NCBI GenBank assembly: GCA_003640645.1
Contig: QGHH01000002.1
Coordinates: 88,180 to 112,179, forward strand
Length of the DNA stretch: 24,000 nt
From: Fredinandcohnia aciditolerans
GTDB taxonomy: Bacteria > Bacillota > Bacilli > Bacillales > Bacillaceae_L
Direction of reading: 5' to 3'
The position numbers and the translations under genes are program-made. Positions 8,609 through 17,070 of this stretch are shown piece by piece; the stretch's first letter is position 1; each line of letters starts with the position of its first letter. The notes beneath the pieces are model-generated. The model was given only the letters and a program-made list of their open reading frames with translations. It had not been told where the DNA came from and searched no databases.

Positions 8609-9013
8609 TTATTGATTATATAATTCTTTATAGGCAATTACTTTTAATGCTAGAATTTCATCTTCGCTTAATTTGCTCTGTACTTCATCAAGTACTTCTT
8701 CATTAGAAATTGTACCTTCTTGTACTTGGTGTCTAATCTCGTTTAGTTGAGTAATACCGACTTTATTAATCAGAACTTTAGTCGCCTCCTCTTTTGTTGT
8801 AAATGGAAGTTTACTCTTATCAACTGATTTTGCGTCTTTCAAAAAGGTCATTAACTCTGGATCGTTTACAATTGCCCTTTTAATATCTTCGATTTCTCCG
8901 CTATTTTCTAATTCTGACTAATCAGATACTATTTTGGTTCCAAAATAGTAAACCCCATAACCTAGAATCACAAATACAACTATGGTGAAAAAAAGAAATT
9001 TTAATAACCTCAT
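8609..9013 (-). pseudogene. Small membrane-anchored protein gene interrupted by an in-frame TAG at codon 32
   Basis: On the minus strand, AGGAGGAGAG-N6-ATG (9013) opens MRLLKFLFFTIVVFVILGYGVYYFGTKIVSD, followed by TAG (8920-8918). The same frame then continues SELENSGEIEDIKRAIVNDPEL into the listed 80-aa ORF (MTFLKDAK...). The internal ATG at 8851 has no RBS. Confidence 0.6.
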
Positions 9014-9112
9014 ATCTTCACTCTCCTCCTATAACTATACATAAATCATGTAGGGCTGAATAGTGTCATTGGCTTTTTATTAATGTTACTAGCAGATAGC
9101 TGTTGATAATTA

Positions 9113-9166
9113 CCTTTAAAATAAAAAAGAAGATGAATCCATACAATCATGTAGTTCATCTTCTTT
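9113..9166 (-). terminator. Rho-independent terminator of the SRPBCC gene
   Basis: A perfect 12-bp stem, AAAGAAGATGAA (9126-9137) / TTCATCTTCTTT (9155-9166), encloses a 17-nt loop. On the minus strand it is followed by TTTATTTTAAAGG. Confidence 0.7.
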
Positions 9167-9244
9167 CTTAATGCATATCTTTAAAATTACTTTGGTTATA
9201 TCAGATTGTTTTCTACTTTGCTTGAGAGATTTTCATCTATAAAA

Positions 9245-9685
9245 CTATGAAAACACTGGAATTTTACGAGCGATTGATTCTGTTAAACGAGTTGCAACTT
9301 TTGGAACAGCCCATTTAATAATCGGTGTTAACACGGCACCCGATAATCCGCCTGCATGGACTTCCACGGTACAAGTCATGGTTGTTTTCCCATTACCATC
9401 TTCTGCAGTAAAGTGACCGCTACCTGTAAAGTTATCTGATAACCCTTTCAGTTCAAACTTAATATTAGAAGGCTCATTCCACTCAGTAATATCTACCTGC
9501 GCTTTTACCGTCTTTTTAATTCCTTTTACATTACCTTCAAACGTCCAAATTGATTGCTTGTCATTAATGATTTCATGTTCTTTATACGCTGGTACTGTCG
9601 TTGCCCACTTTTCAAGATCACTGACATAGTCCCAAACTGCTTGTACATCTACTGGAATTACTACTGTATGAGTTCCTGTCGCCAT
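9245..9685 (-). CDS. SRPBCC-superfamily (CoxG / polyketide-cyclase-like) ligand-binding protein
   Basis: 146-aa ORF. Its pattern (...VWDYVSDLEKWATTVPAYKEHEI...GSGHFTAEDGNGKTTMTCTVEVHAGG...) resembles CoxG/SRPBCC proteins. It has its own terminator downstream. Confidence 0.65.
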   Translation of the reverse strand: MATGTHTVVIPVDVQAVWDYVSDLEKWATTVPAYKEHEIINDKQSIWTFEGNVKGIKKTVKAQVDITEWNEPSNIKFELKGLSDNFTGSGHFTAEDGNGKTTMTCTVEVHAGGLSGAVLTPIIKWAVPKVATRLTESIARKIPVFS

Positions 9686-9876
9686 TCTGATTCCTACTTT
9701 CGTTATGTATGAATTGTAGATTTAGATATCTACAAGAATATTATTACATAAAAGACATGAACTAACATTACTTTTGTAGGGGGGCAAACCCATATAGTTC
9801 CTAAAAGGGTAGACCTTTAGGGCTGGTCTAAAATGGATATATTAGATCCTACAAAAATCATGTAGCTGAATTCAAG

Positions 9877-9907
9877 CTGGGACACGGGACCTGTCCCCTT
9901 GTCCCAG
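9877..9907. repeat. Intergenic quasi-palindromic repeat, copy A
   Basis: CTGGGACACGGGACCTGTCCCCTTGTCCCAG shares the GGGAC..GTCCC core and outer CTGGG/CCCAG arms with copies B and C. It lies in the 477-nt gap between divergent genes. Confidence 0.8.
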
Positions 9908-10162
9908 AACAATCCGAGGTCTAAATAATCAAATTGTTTCACCCTGTAAAGCATGTTAACCCGTCATAATAAATCAAATTGTAAAATGTTGTAATATTTG
10001 CTACGTTCTTTCCCACCCTAGTGGACCAAAAGCGTTTTTTCCTAAACATTCCTTCCGGTACGATAATAAAACCACTTATATTTTTTTATCAAAACATCTC
10101 AAATGAATTCATAAACAATCATATCGGTTCATAGAATCTGGTAAGAAGGGTGGTTATTTTTT

Positions 10163-10951
10163 ATGCTTCAGGCTGAAAGGGCTGAAAAAATACTGCAATT
10201 CATCAATGAGAAAGGATTTGTCAAAACAACAGAACTGATTGAATTATGCAAAGTATCAAAACCCACTATTATTCGTGATTTGCAAGTACTTGAAAAAGAA
10301 GGTGCTATTATTCGAACACATGGTGGCGCAAAGAGTGTAAAGAAGGGGACTAATTTTGAACCAAAACAAAGCTTGAAGGAACAAATTGCAAATGAGAGCA
10401 AAAAACAGATTGCTAAAGTTGCAAAACAATATATTTTTCCTGGTGAAACCATTCTGCTTGATAGCGGGACTACTACATTAATGTTAGCTAACGAGCTTAA
10501 GGATATGGAAAATATAACAGTCATTACAAATGATATTAAGGTTGCAATGGTTCTGGCCGAGAATGATGGAATAGAGTTAGTCGTTCTTGGCGGTCAAAAG
10601 AGAAAAGGTGTATACAGTCTAATTGGCCCCATTACAGAAATGCTTACAAGTCAATTCCATGTAGATAAGGTGTTCCTTACTGCAGATGCGATACATATTC
10701 ACAAGGGAATTACGAACTCAAATATAGAGGAATCTAGTGTGAAAAAGGCTTTCATAGACATTTGTAAGGAACGATTTTTATTAGTAGATAGTAGCAAATT
10801 CAGTTCAATTTCTTTTTTTAAAATTGCGGATATCTTTGAGGTCCAAACCATTATTACAGATGAAGGTTTTTTACAATTATCTGATCTCGAGTCTTGGAAC
10901 AGTTTTTCTAAAGATATTATAACAGCTGGCAAAGAGGAAGGTGGTATATGA
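10163..10951 (+). CDS. DeoR-family transcriptional regulator (SgcR-like)
   Basis: The N-terminal DeoR HTH is ...TTELIELCKVSKPTIIRDLQVLEKEGAIIRTHGGA. The C-terminal sugar-phosphate-binding DeoR_C region carries LLDSGTTT. The gene sits at the head of a PTS cluster. Confidence 0.9.
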   Translation: MLQAERAEKILQFINEKGFVKTTELIELCKVSKPTIIRDLQVLEKEGAIIRTHGGAKSVKKGTNFEPKQSLKEQIANESKKQIAKVAKQYIFPGETILLDSGTTTLMLANELKDMENITVITNDIKVAMVLAENDGIELVVLGGQKRKGVYSLIGPITEMLTSQFHVDKVFLTADAIHIHKGITNSNIEESSVKKAFIDICKERFLLVDSSKFSSISFFKIADIFEVQTIITDEGFLQLSDLESWNSFSKDIITAGKEEGGI

Positions 10952-11431
10952 GTGAATCTACTTAATGGTTTATTGGATGAAGAGTTAATCTTTCTTAAGT
11001 TGAAATGCAATTCGAAAGAACAACTTCTAGGTTGGCTTGGAAACGAATTAGTCGAAAAGGGCTACGTAATGCAGGGGTATGAAAAAGCACTCTTGGAACG
11101 TGAGGCTTTGTATCCTACTGGATTAGTGACAACCAGCTGTGGGGTTGCGATTCCACATGCTGAACCGTCCTATGTAATTAAAGAAAGAATTGCTATAGGT
11201 ATTTTAGAAGATGGAGTAGCTTTTGGAAACATGGGGGCGTTAGACGAAGAAGTGCTAGTGCGTGTTGTGTTTCTATTAGCATTAAAGCATTCGTCACAAC
11301 ATCTAGAAGTATTACAGGCAGTAACGTCCCTTTTTCAAAACGAAGCATTTATGAATAACATTCAAAAGGCAGAGACAAAAGAAGACGTTCTAGAGTTGTT
11401 TCAATCAATCTTACTAGAGAAAAGGGGGTGA
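10952..11431 (+). CDS. PTS EIIA component, fructose/mannitol (PTS_EIIA_2) type (SgcA-like)
   Basis: The GTG start abuts the upstream TGA. The phosphorylatable His motif is GVAIPHA. The 159-aa size is typical of stand-alone EIIA-2 proteins. Confidence 0.85.
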   Translation: MNLLNGLLDEELIFLKLKCNSKEQLLGWLGNELVEKGYVMQGYEKALLEREALYPTGLVTTSCGVAIPHAEPSYVIKERIAIGILEDGVAFGNMGALDEEVLVRVVFLLALKHSSQHLEVLQAVTSLFQNEAFMNNIQKAETKEDVLELFQSILLEKRG

Positions 11432-11435
11432 ATCG

Positions 11436-12554
11436 GTGGAACAGCTCAAACAAATCATTAAAGAGCTCACATCCATATCTGGAGTAAGTTCTCGTGAGGA
11501 TAAGGTCATTTCTTATATGATAAAAAGTCTAAAGCCATATGGAGATCAAATCGAGGTTGACCCTTTAGGGAATGTTACATGTTCGTTTTTCTCTAGTGTT
11601 TCGAATCCTAAAAAGCTCATGCTATTTGCTCACATGGATGAAATCGGGTTTATTGTCCGAAAGGTTGAAGAGAACGGGTTTTTGCGGGTTGAACGAATTG
11701 GTGGAGTACATGTAAATGTGTTGCCGGGGCTAAAAGTGGATGTAATTGGTTCCAAAGGAGTTATCCCGGGGCTCATTGGAACCACGTCCCATCATTTTAC
11801 AAAGCAAGATCAAAAAGGAAAAGTACCCACTGATGGAATGTATGTTGATATTGGGGCAAGAACGAGGGAACATGTGAAGGAACTTGGAGTCAACGTTGGT
11901 TCTTTTATCACCTACCATTCTGATTTTACGGAACTAGCAGGTGACTTGATTTCCAATAAAGCCATGGATAACCGCGCAGCTTGTGCAAGCTTGCTACTGT
12001 TAGCTCAGGAACTATTTCAGATAAAAGATAAACTCCAATGGAATATTCATCTAGTCGCATGTGTGCAAGAAGAGTTTAATATTCGGGGCATCATGCCAGT
12101 AGTGCGAAAACTATCACCAGATGTTTCGATAGGGATTGATGTCACTCCTTCTTGTGATACACCGGATATGAGCGGATATTCTGATGTGATCATTGGCAAT
12201 GGACCAGCCATTACGTGTATGAACTTTCATGGCCGTGGGACATTAGCCGGGGTACTCCCTGATGAAGGATTATTTAATCAAATTGTTACAATAGCCGAGC
12301 AGCAGAATATACCCCTGCAACGTGAAGTCGCACTCGGAGTTATTACTGAAAACGCCTTTATTTCATTTGCTGAACAAGGCATAATGACAGCTGGTTTTTC
12401 GATTCCTACAAGGTATACTCATACTCCAATTGAAACAGTATGTCTATCTGATGTAAAAGCACTCATACACGTCCTCTTCCATTTTCTACGATCTCTAACT
12501 ACTCATACATCATTTGGAAAACAATACATACTCGAGAAAGGAGGTGCACAATGA
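11436..12554 (+). CDS. M42-family peptidase/endoglucanase-like protein (SgcX/FrvX-like)
   Basis: AAGGGGGTG RBS with a GTG start. Motifs include FAHMDEIGF, D...NRAA and QEEF, consistent with M42 (glutamyl aminopeptidase/CelM) metalloenzymes. Its stop overlaps the next start (ATGA). Confidence 0.85.
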   Translation: MEQLKQIIKELTSISGVSSREDKVISYMIKSLKPYGDQIEVDPLGNVTCSFFSSVSNPKKLMLFAHMDEIGFIVRKVEENGFLRVERIGGVHVNVLPGLKVDVIGSKGVIPGLIGTTSHHFTKQDQKGKVPTDGMYVDIGARTREHVKELGVNVGSFITYHSDFTELAGDLISNKAMDNRAACASLLLLAQELFQIKDKLQWNIHLVACVQEEFNIRGIMPVVRKLSPDVSIGIDVTPSCDTPDMSGYSDVIIGNGPAITCMNFHGRGTLAGVLPDEGLFNQIVTIAEQQNIPLQREVALGVITENAFISFAEQGIMTAGFSIPTRYTHTPIETVCLSDVKALIHVLFHFLRSLTTHTSFGKQYILEKGGAQ

Positions 12555-12826
12555 AAACCATAATCGTAGCTTGTGGTGCAGGTGTTGCAACTTCAACCTT
12601 AATTTGTGATCGAGTCCAAAAGTTACTTAGCTCTCAACATATTCAAGCAAACATTATCCAATGCACACTTGGTGATATTTCACGCTATGTAGATCAAGCA
12701 AATGTGATTGTTACGTCGATGAAAGTCGATCGTTCTTACTCAATTCCTATTGTATTAGGTATTTCCTTTATTACTGGAGTGGGTGTAGAGCAAACAGAAA
12801 AAGAAATTTTAGAGAGTCTATCTTAG
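12551..12826 (+). CDS. PTS EIIB component, galactitol/lactose-type (SgcB-like)
   Basis: A 91-aa protein with the N-terminal active-site Cys loop IIVACGAGVATS. It is translationally coupled to the upstream gene through an ATGA overlap. Confidence 0.85.
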   Translation: MKTIIVACGAGVATSTLICDRVQKLLSSQHIQANIIQCTLGDISRYVDQANVIVTSMKVDRSYSIPIVLGISFITGVGVEQTEKEILESLS

Positions 12827-12851
12827 TTTTATCACATAAGGGGGATTGTGT

Positions 12852-14192
12852 ATGGATTTTATTGTTAGTGTGTTTGATTATATAAGTGGTTTAGGTGCCA
12901 CTGTTATGATTCCAATCATAATTGCAATTGTTGGGCTTGTTTTCCGACTTAGTATCGGAAAGGCAATTCGTGCCGGTGTTCTAGTAGGTATTGGGTTTGT
13001 CGGTCTAAACCTAGTGTTAAATCTTATTTGGGACTATGTTGGTCCAGTAACAACTATTTTAATAGAAAAATTCGACCTTAATTTATCTGTTGTAGATGCG
13101 GGCTGGCCTGCTGCAGCTGGCGTAGCATTCGCTACAAAAGTAGGAGCCGTTATCATTCCTTTTATTATTATTGTTAATTTCCTCATGCTTCTGACAAAGC
13201 AAACCAAAACTGTCAATATCGATATATGGAATTATTGGCACTTTGCTTTTTCAGGTGCGATTATTATGTCGATCACAAATAGTTTCTGGTATGGGTTACT
13301 TGGGGCAGCAGGGCACGCTATCATTGCTCTGAAAATCGCCGATGTATCTGCTGAAAGGGTTCAAAAAGAGATCGGTATACCAGGTATCTCCATTCCCCAG
13401 GGGTTTGCAATTACGACCGTCCCTATTTACATGCTCCTCGATAAGATATATGACAGGATTCCAGGCTTTAAAAATAGGAAAATTGATTCAGCCGCAATAA
13501 ACCAAAAACTAGGGATATTCGGAGAACCATTTATGATTGGGTTATTCCTAGGTATTTTAATCGGTTTAGTAGTTGGCTATGATGTGAAGCAAACGATTGA
13601 ATTAGGTGTAGCGATGGCTGCCCTTATGCTCCTTTTACCACGAATGGTTAAAGTGATTATGGAAGGTCTGGTGCCTATTTCAGACGCGGCAAAAGCCTTC
13701 TTGGAAAAGCGCTTTAAAGGATCGGAGTTTTATATCGGACTTGATTCAGCCGTAACTCTTGGACATTCAACCACAATCACAATCGGAATCCTACTCATTC
13801 CAATTACCCTACTCCTAGCAATGATTATCCCATTAAATACAACCTTACCTTTCGGTGATCTAGCTGCAACTGCATTTTTTATCGCGATGGCCACTCCTAT
13901 TCATAGAGGGGATTTCTTTAGAACGTTAATAAGTGGAACCATTGTAATGGCTATCATTCTCATGCTCGCAAGCTATTTTGCTCCCGTTATTACTGAAACA
14001 GCTATGAATACAGGCTTTGACTTCCCTGAAGGTGCAACCGACATTACTGCATTATCAGCTGGTAATCTAGTAGCCTATGTGTTTTCCTTATTCGCCAAGT
14101 TAAAAATAGTTGGCGTGTTCTTAATCGTAGCCTTCGTAGCAGCGGTATTATTTTTCTTCAGAAAACCATCAACATCAGGGAATACGAATTAA
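12852..14192 (+). CDS. PTS EIIC permease, galactitol family (SgcC/GatC-like)
   Basis: A polytopic membrane protein of roughly 446 aa that directly follows EIIB. ATG 12852, preceded by AAGGGGGA, is preferred over the track's TTG at 12846. Confidence 0.85.
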   Translation: MDFIVSVFDYISGLGATVMIPIIIAIVGLVFRLSIGKAIRAGVLVGIGFVGLNLVLNLIWDYVGPVTTILIEKFDLNLSVVDAGWPAAAGVAFATKVGAVIIPFIIIVNFLMLLTKQTKTVNIDIWNYWHFAFSGAIIMSITNSFWYGLLGAAGHAIIALKIADVSAERVQKEIGIPGISIPQGFAITTVPIYMLLDKIYDRIPGFKNRKIDSAAINQKLGIFGEPFMIGLFLGILIGLVVGYDVKQTIELGVAMAALMLLLPRMVKVIMEGLVPISDAAKAFLEKRFKGSEFYIGLDSAVTLGHSTTITIGILLIPITLLLAMIIPLNTTLPFGDLAATAFFIAMATPIHRGDFFRTLISGTIVMAIILMLASYFAPVITETAMNTGFDFPEGATDITALSAGNLVAYVFSLFAKLKIVGVFLIVAFVAAVLFFFRKPSTSGNTN

Positions 14193-14218
14193 AAATATGA
14201 CTAACAAGAGGTGCAGGT

Positions 14219-15025
14219 ATGACTTGGTTAAAAGAAGTAATTGGAACGGAGAAATGTATTATTGCAATGTGTCATCTATTACCACTTCCTGGAGACCCGA
14301 AATTTGACAACGAAAAAGGGATGGACTACGTGATATCGATGGCTCGAAAGGACCTACATGCCCTTCAAGATGGTGGAGTAGATGCGGTTATGTTTTCCAA
14401 TGAGTTTAGCCTGCCGTATCTAACAGATGTACGAACCGAGACAGTTGCTGCAATGGCGAGAATCATAGGTGAATTGAAAAGTGAAATTAAAATTCCATTT
14501 GGTGTAAATGTCTTATGGGATGCCAAGAAGTCACTAGATTTAGCAGCCGCAACGAATGCGTTGTTTGTTAGAGAAATCTTTACTGGTGCTTATGCAAGCG
14601 ACTTCGGGATATGGAATACCAATGTAGGGGACACCATTCGTCATAAGCATTATCTAGGTGTAGGTGATGTGAAGGTTTTATTCAATATTATTCCTGAGGC
14701 AGCTAGTTATCTGGCACCTAGAACAATTGAAAGTATTGCAAAGTCAACCGTCTTTAATAATCAGCCTGATGCACTTTGTGTTTCTGGGTTAACGGCAGGT
14801 GTGGAGACAGATGCTCAACTTATGAAGCGAGTGAAAAAAACTGTTCCGGAAACTGTTCTATTTGCGAATACGGGTGTGAGGCTTACTAATTTTGAACAGC
14901 AGTTAGAGGTTGCAGATGGAGCCATTGTTGGAACAACATTTAAATACGACGGAAACTTCCATAATCATGTTGATAAAAAGAGAGTCAAAGAATTCATGGA
15001 TGAGGTAAAAAGATTCAGGAACTGA
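14219..15025 (+). CDS. BtpA/SgcQ-family TIM-barrel protein
   Basis: The N-terminal ...IAMCHLLPLPGDPKF... motif and the 268-aa size are characteristic of the BtpA/SgcQ family. GAGGTGCAGG RBS upstream. Confidence 0.8.
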   Translation: MTWLKEVIGTEKCIIAMCHLLPLPGDPKFDNEKGMDYVISMARKDLHALQDGGVDAVMFSNEFSLPYLTDVRTETVAAMARIIGELKSEIKIPFGVNVLWDAKKSLDLAAATNALFVREIFTGAYASDFGIWNTNVGDTIRHKHYLGVGDVKVLFNIIPEAASYLAPRTIESIAKSTVFNNQPDALCVSGLTAGVETDAQLMKRVKKTVPETVLFANTGVRLTNFEQQLEVADGAIVGTTFKYDGNFHNHVDKKRVKEFMDEVKRFRN

Positions 15026-15034
15026 CAGATGCTA

Positions 15035-15080
15035 CTGGGGCAAGGGGAATGTTCCTTATCCCACCGACGTTTGAGGAAGG
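15035..15080. repeat. Intergenic repeat, degenerate copy E, inside the PTS operon
   Basis: CTGGGGCAAGGGGAATGTTCCTTATCCCAC aligns base-for-base with the 31-nt repeat and retains hairpin potential. It is followed by CGACGTTTGAGGAAGG, related to the CGAAATTTGTCGGAGG motif of copy D. It starts 10 nt after the sgcQ-like stop. Confidence 0.65.
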
Positions 15081-15192
15081 GGGACGAACGATAGCAGTGG
15101 TCCTCGAGGTAGTTTCTGCTGGTGGTTAATTCATTAAAAAATATGACATGTTACACCAGGTATACGGTCATAGAGAAATAATGGAGGTAATA

Positions 15193-15786
15193 ATGAAGAT
15201 TTCACCTTCGATTGCATCTGCAAATCAATTGCAACTAGGCGAAGAAGTAAAGAAAGTTCAAGTGTATTATGACGATCTTCACATCGACATTGAGGACGGA
15301 AACTTTATATCGAATATCACCTTTGGACATAAAACCATAAAAGCTCTTCGAAGTGTTACACATCTTCCATTCTCATTTCATCTAATGGTTACCAATCCAT
15401 ATGATTACTTGGAACAACTTATGGATTTATCACCAAGCATCATATTTGCACATGTTGAGTCACTTCCATATCCAAGTGATTTTTTATCAAAAGTACGTAA
15501 GGTAAATCAAAAATGCGGTTTTGCCTTCAATCCAAAAACACCAGTAGATTCTTATTCTTACTTAATGAATCAGGTAGATGCCATTTTAATTATGACCTCA
15601 GAACCCGACGGACAAGGACAATTGTTTAATGCGGCAATGGTTGAAAAGGTTAAGAAGGTAGCTAAGAACTACAACTTTAAGGGAGAAATTTGGGTTGATG
15701 GTGGAATCAAATATGAGCACCTTCCACTCTTAGTTGAAGCCGGCGCTACACACGCAGTAATGGGTAGGGCCGTTTTTGGAGAATAG
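15193..15786 (+). CDS. Ribulose-phosphate 3-epimerase-family protein (SgcE-like)
   Basis: Motifs are MKISPSIASAN, HIDIEDGNF, MTSEPDGQGQ and VDGGI, matching the Rpe catalytic pattern (SPS.., H.D.MDG.F, ..PG..GQ, VDGG). ATG 15193 follows GGAGG (15183-15187). The track start at 15148 lacks an RBS. Confidence 0.85.
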   Translation: MKISPSIASANQLQLGEEVKKVQVYYDDLHIDIEDGNFISNITFGHKTIKALRSVTHLPFSFHLMVTNPYDYLEQLMDLSPSIIFAHVESLPYPSDFLSKVRKVNQKCGFAFNPKTPVDSYSYLMNQVDAILIMTSEPDGQGQLFNAAMVEKVKKVAKNYNFKGEIWVDGGIKYEHLPLLVEAGATHAVMGRAVFGE

Positions 15787-15860
15787 CTGGACTATAGCGG
15801 CACGTGGGATTTCGGACTTTAATTGGATATTTTTAATTGTATTTTATTTCGTAGCATGAC

Positions 15861-15891
15861 CTGGGTCACAGGGACATGTCCCTTGTCCCAC
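15861..15891. repeat. Intergenic quasi-palindromic repeat, copy B
   Basis: CTGGGTCACAGGGACATGTCCCTTGTCCCAC is identical to copy C at 29 of 31 positions. Confidence 0.9.
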
Positions 15892-15911
15892 TTTCGAGTC
15901 CAGGTAACACC

Positions 15912-15940
15912 AAGGAGGGCAGGTATCTGCCCTCCTTTTT
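15912..15940 (+). terminator. Rho-independent terminator of the PTS operon (hairpin also abuts the convergent ABC-2 gene)
   Basis: An 11-bp GC-rich stem, AAGGAGGGCAG / CTGCCCTCCTT, has a GTAT loop and a TTT tail (to 15940). It lies 10 nt from the stop of the minus-strand permease gene. Confidence 0.85.
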
Positions 15941-15947
15941 CATCATT

Positions 15948-17069
15948 TTACCTCGTTGATACAATTGATTGTCTTTTATATAACAAGGAACCCAAGATAA
16001 AGGCGACCCCACCCCAAAGGAGCATGTTCCCAAAACCAAGCCAAAGCGGGAATGAAAGAATAGGAGTATTATAGACCATACTGTCTCTTAGGCCGTCTGC
16101 AAAATAGGTGAGCGGAAGGATGTTTGAGATAGGCTGGAGCCATTCAGGCATTGTTTCGATTGGAAAGAAAATGCCGCTAACAAACATCATGAGAAAGCTA
16201 ACAATGTTTGCTACTCCCATATAGGCTTCATTCGTATTGCTAAAAGAAGAAATAAAATAGCCAATCGCATTGAAAGCGAGAGCTCCCATTAAGAAGACTA
16301 ACAGTAAACTAGGGAAGTTAATAAACAGATTGGCCCCGAATACGAATACGCCAATTAAGGATAAGAGCGTGATTTGGATGATGCTAAATACCAGACGCAT
16401 GATCATATCACTAAGACCAAAGATACCCATTTTTGTAGGGGTCATCCGCAACCTTTTGATTAATCCTTTTCTACGCATATCCACTAAGTCAACCATTCCA
16501 AACAAGCCACCTTGAGCAATGGATAAAGCAATCATTCCAGTTAAGAGAAAGTCAGTATAATCTAATTCCGGATCGCCTGAAGAAACCGTCTCGAATTGCT
16601 GCTCAAAAGTTGGAGTTGCACCAACAGCTTGTAAGTTTGCCTGCTGAATGAAATTATCGAGAATCCCCGACACGACTTGGGTTGATACACTTTGTTCATT
16701 CTCTTTGTTTACGATCAGTTTTATCGATGTTGACTGTGCCGATTCCGGCAAAATGATGGCAGCATCTACTTCCTTTTCTATTACTAAATCTTTTGCTTTA
16801 TCTTCACTAACCGTACCATCTCCGCTTTCTTCGATAATCGGAACTTGTTGCAGTTGCTTTTCCATCATCGTAGATGTTTCATTCGGGGATTCATTTACAA
16901 TCACCACCTTCGTGTTGAAATCATCACTTGAACCACCGCTGAATATCGTCATAAAGATAACCATTAAAATGACTGGGAAGAAAATCCCCCAAAACCAAGC
17001 TTGTTTTTCACGAAAGGTTAATTTTAGCTGAGCAAGGAACATTTGTTTAAATTGCTTGAGATTATTCAT
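15948..17069 (-). CDS. ABC-2-type exporter permease
   Basis: Polytopic protein with a large extracytoplasmic loop after TM1 and a C-terminal ABC-2 membrane core. The likely start is ATG 17069 (MNNLKQFKQ...), one base after the ATPase TAG and preceded by GGAGTGGAGGG. The track start at 17117 overlaps the ATPase gene. Confidence 0.85.
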   Translation of the reverse strand: MNNLKQFKQMFLAQLKLTFREKQAWFWGIFFPVILMVIFMTIFSGGSSDDFNTKVVIVNESPNETSTMMEKQLQQVPIIEESGDGTVSEDKAKDLVIEKEVDAAIILPESAQSTSIKLIVNKENEQSVSTQVVSGILDNFIQQANLQAVGATPTFEQQFETVSSGDPELDYTDFLLTGMIALSIAQGGLFGMVDLVDMRRKGLIKRLRMTPTKMGIFGLSDMIMRLVFSIIQITLLSLIGVFVFGANLFINFPSLLLVFLMGALAFNAIGYFISSFSNTNEAYMGVANIVSFLMMFVSGIFFPIETMPEWLQPISNILPLTYFADGLRDSMVYNTPILSFPLWLGFGNMLLWGGVAFILGSLLYKRQSIVSTR

Positions 17070-17070
17070 C

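Noticed and set aside
9940-10162. Catabolite-responsive element (cre) or a clear sigma-A promoter upstream of the DeoR/PTS cluster
   Set aside because: The candidates (TGTAAAGCATGTTAAC near 9945; TAGAAT near 10132) miss key consensus positions: there is no central CG in the cre core and no convincing -35. I therefore did not report them as features.
15823-16074. 83-aa + strand ORF (MDIFNCILFRSMTWVTGTCPLSHF...)
   Set aside because: It translates straight through repeat copy B and the GC-rich terminator hairpin, then runs antisense into the 3' end of the ABC-2 permease gene. It has no RBS. WVTGTCPLSH is simply the repeat read as protein.
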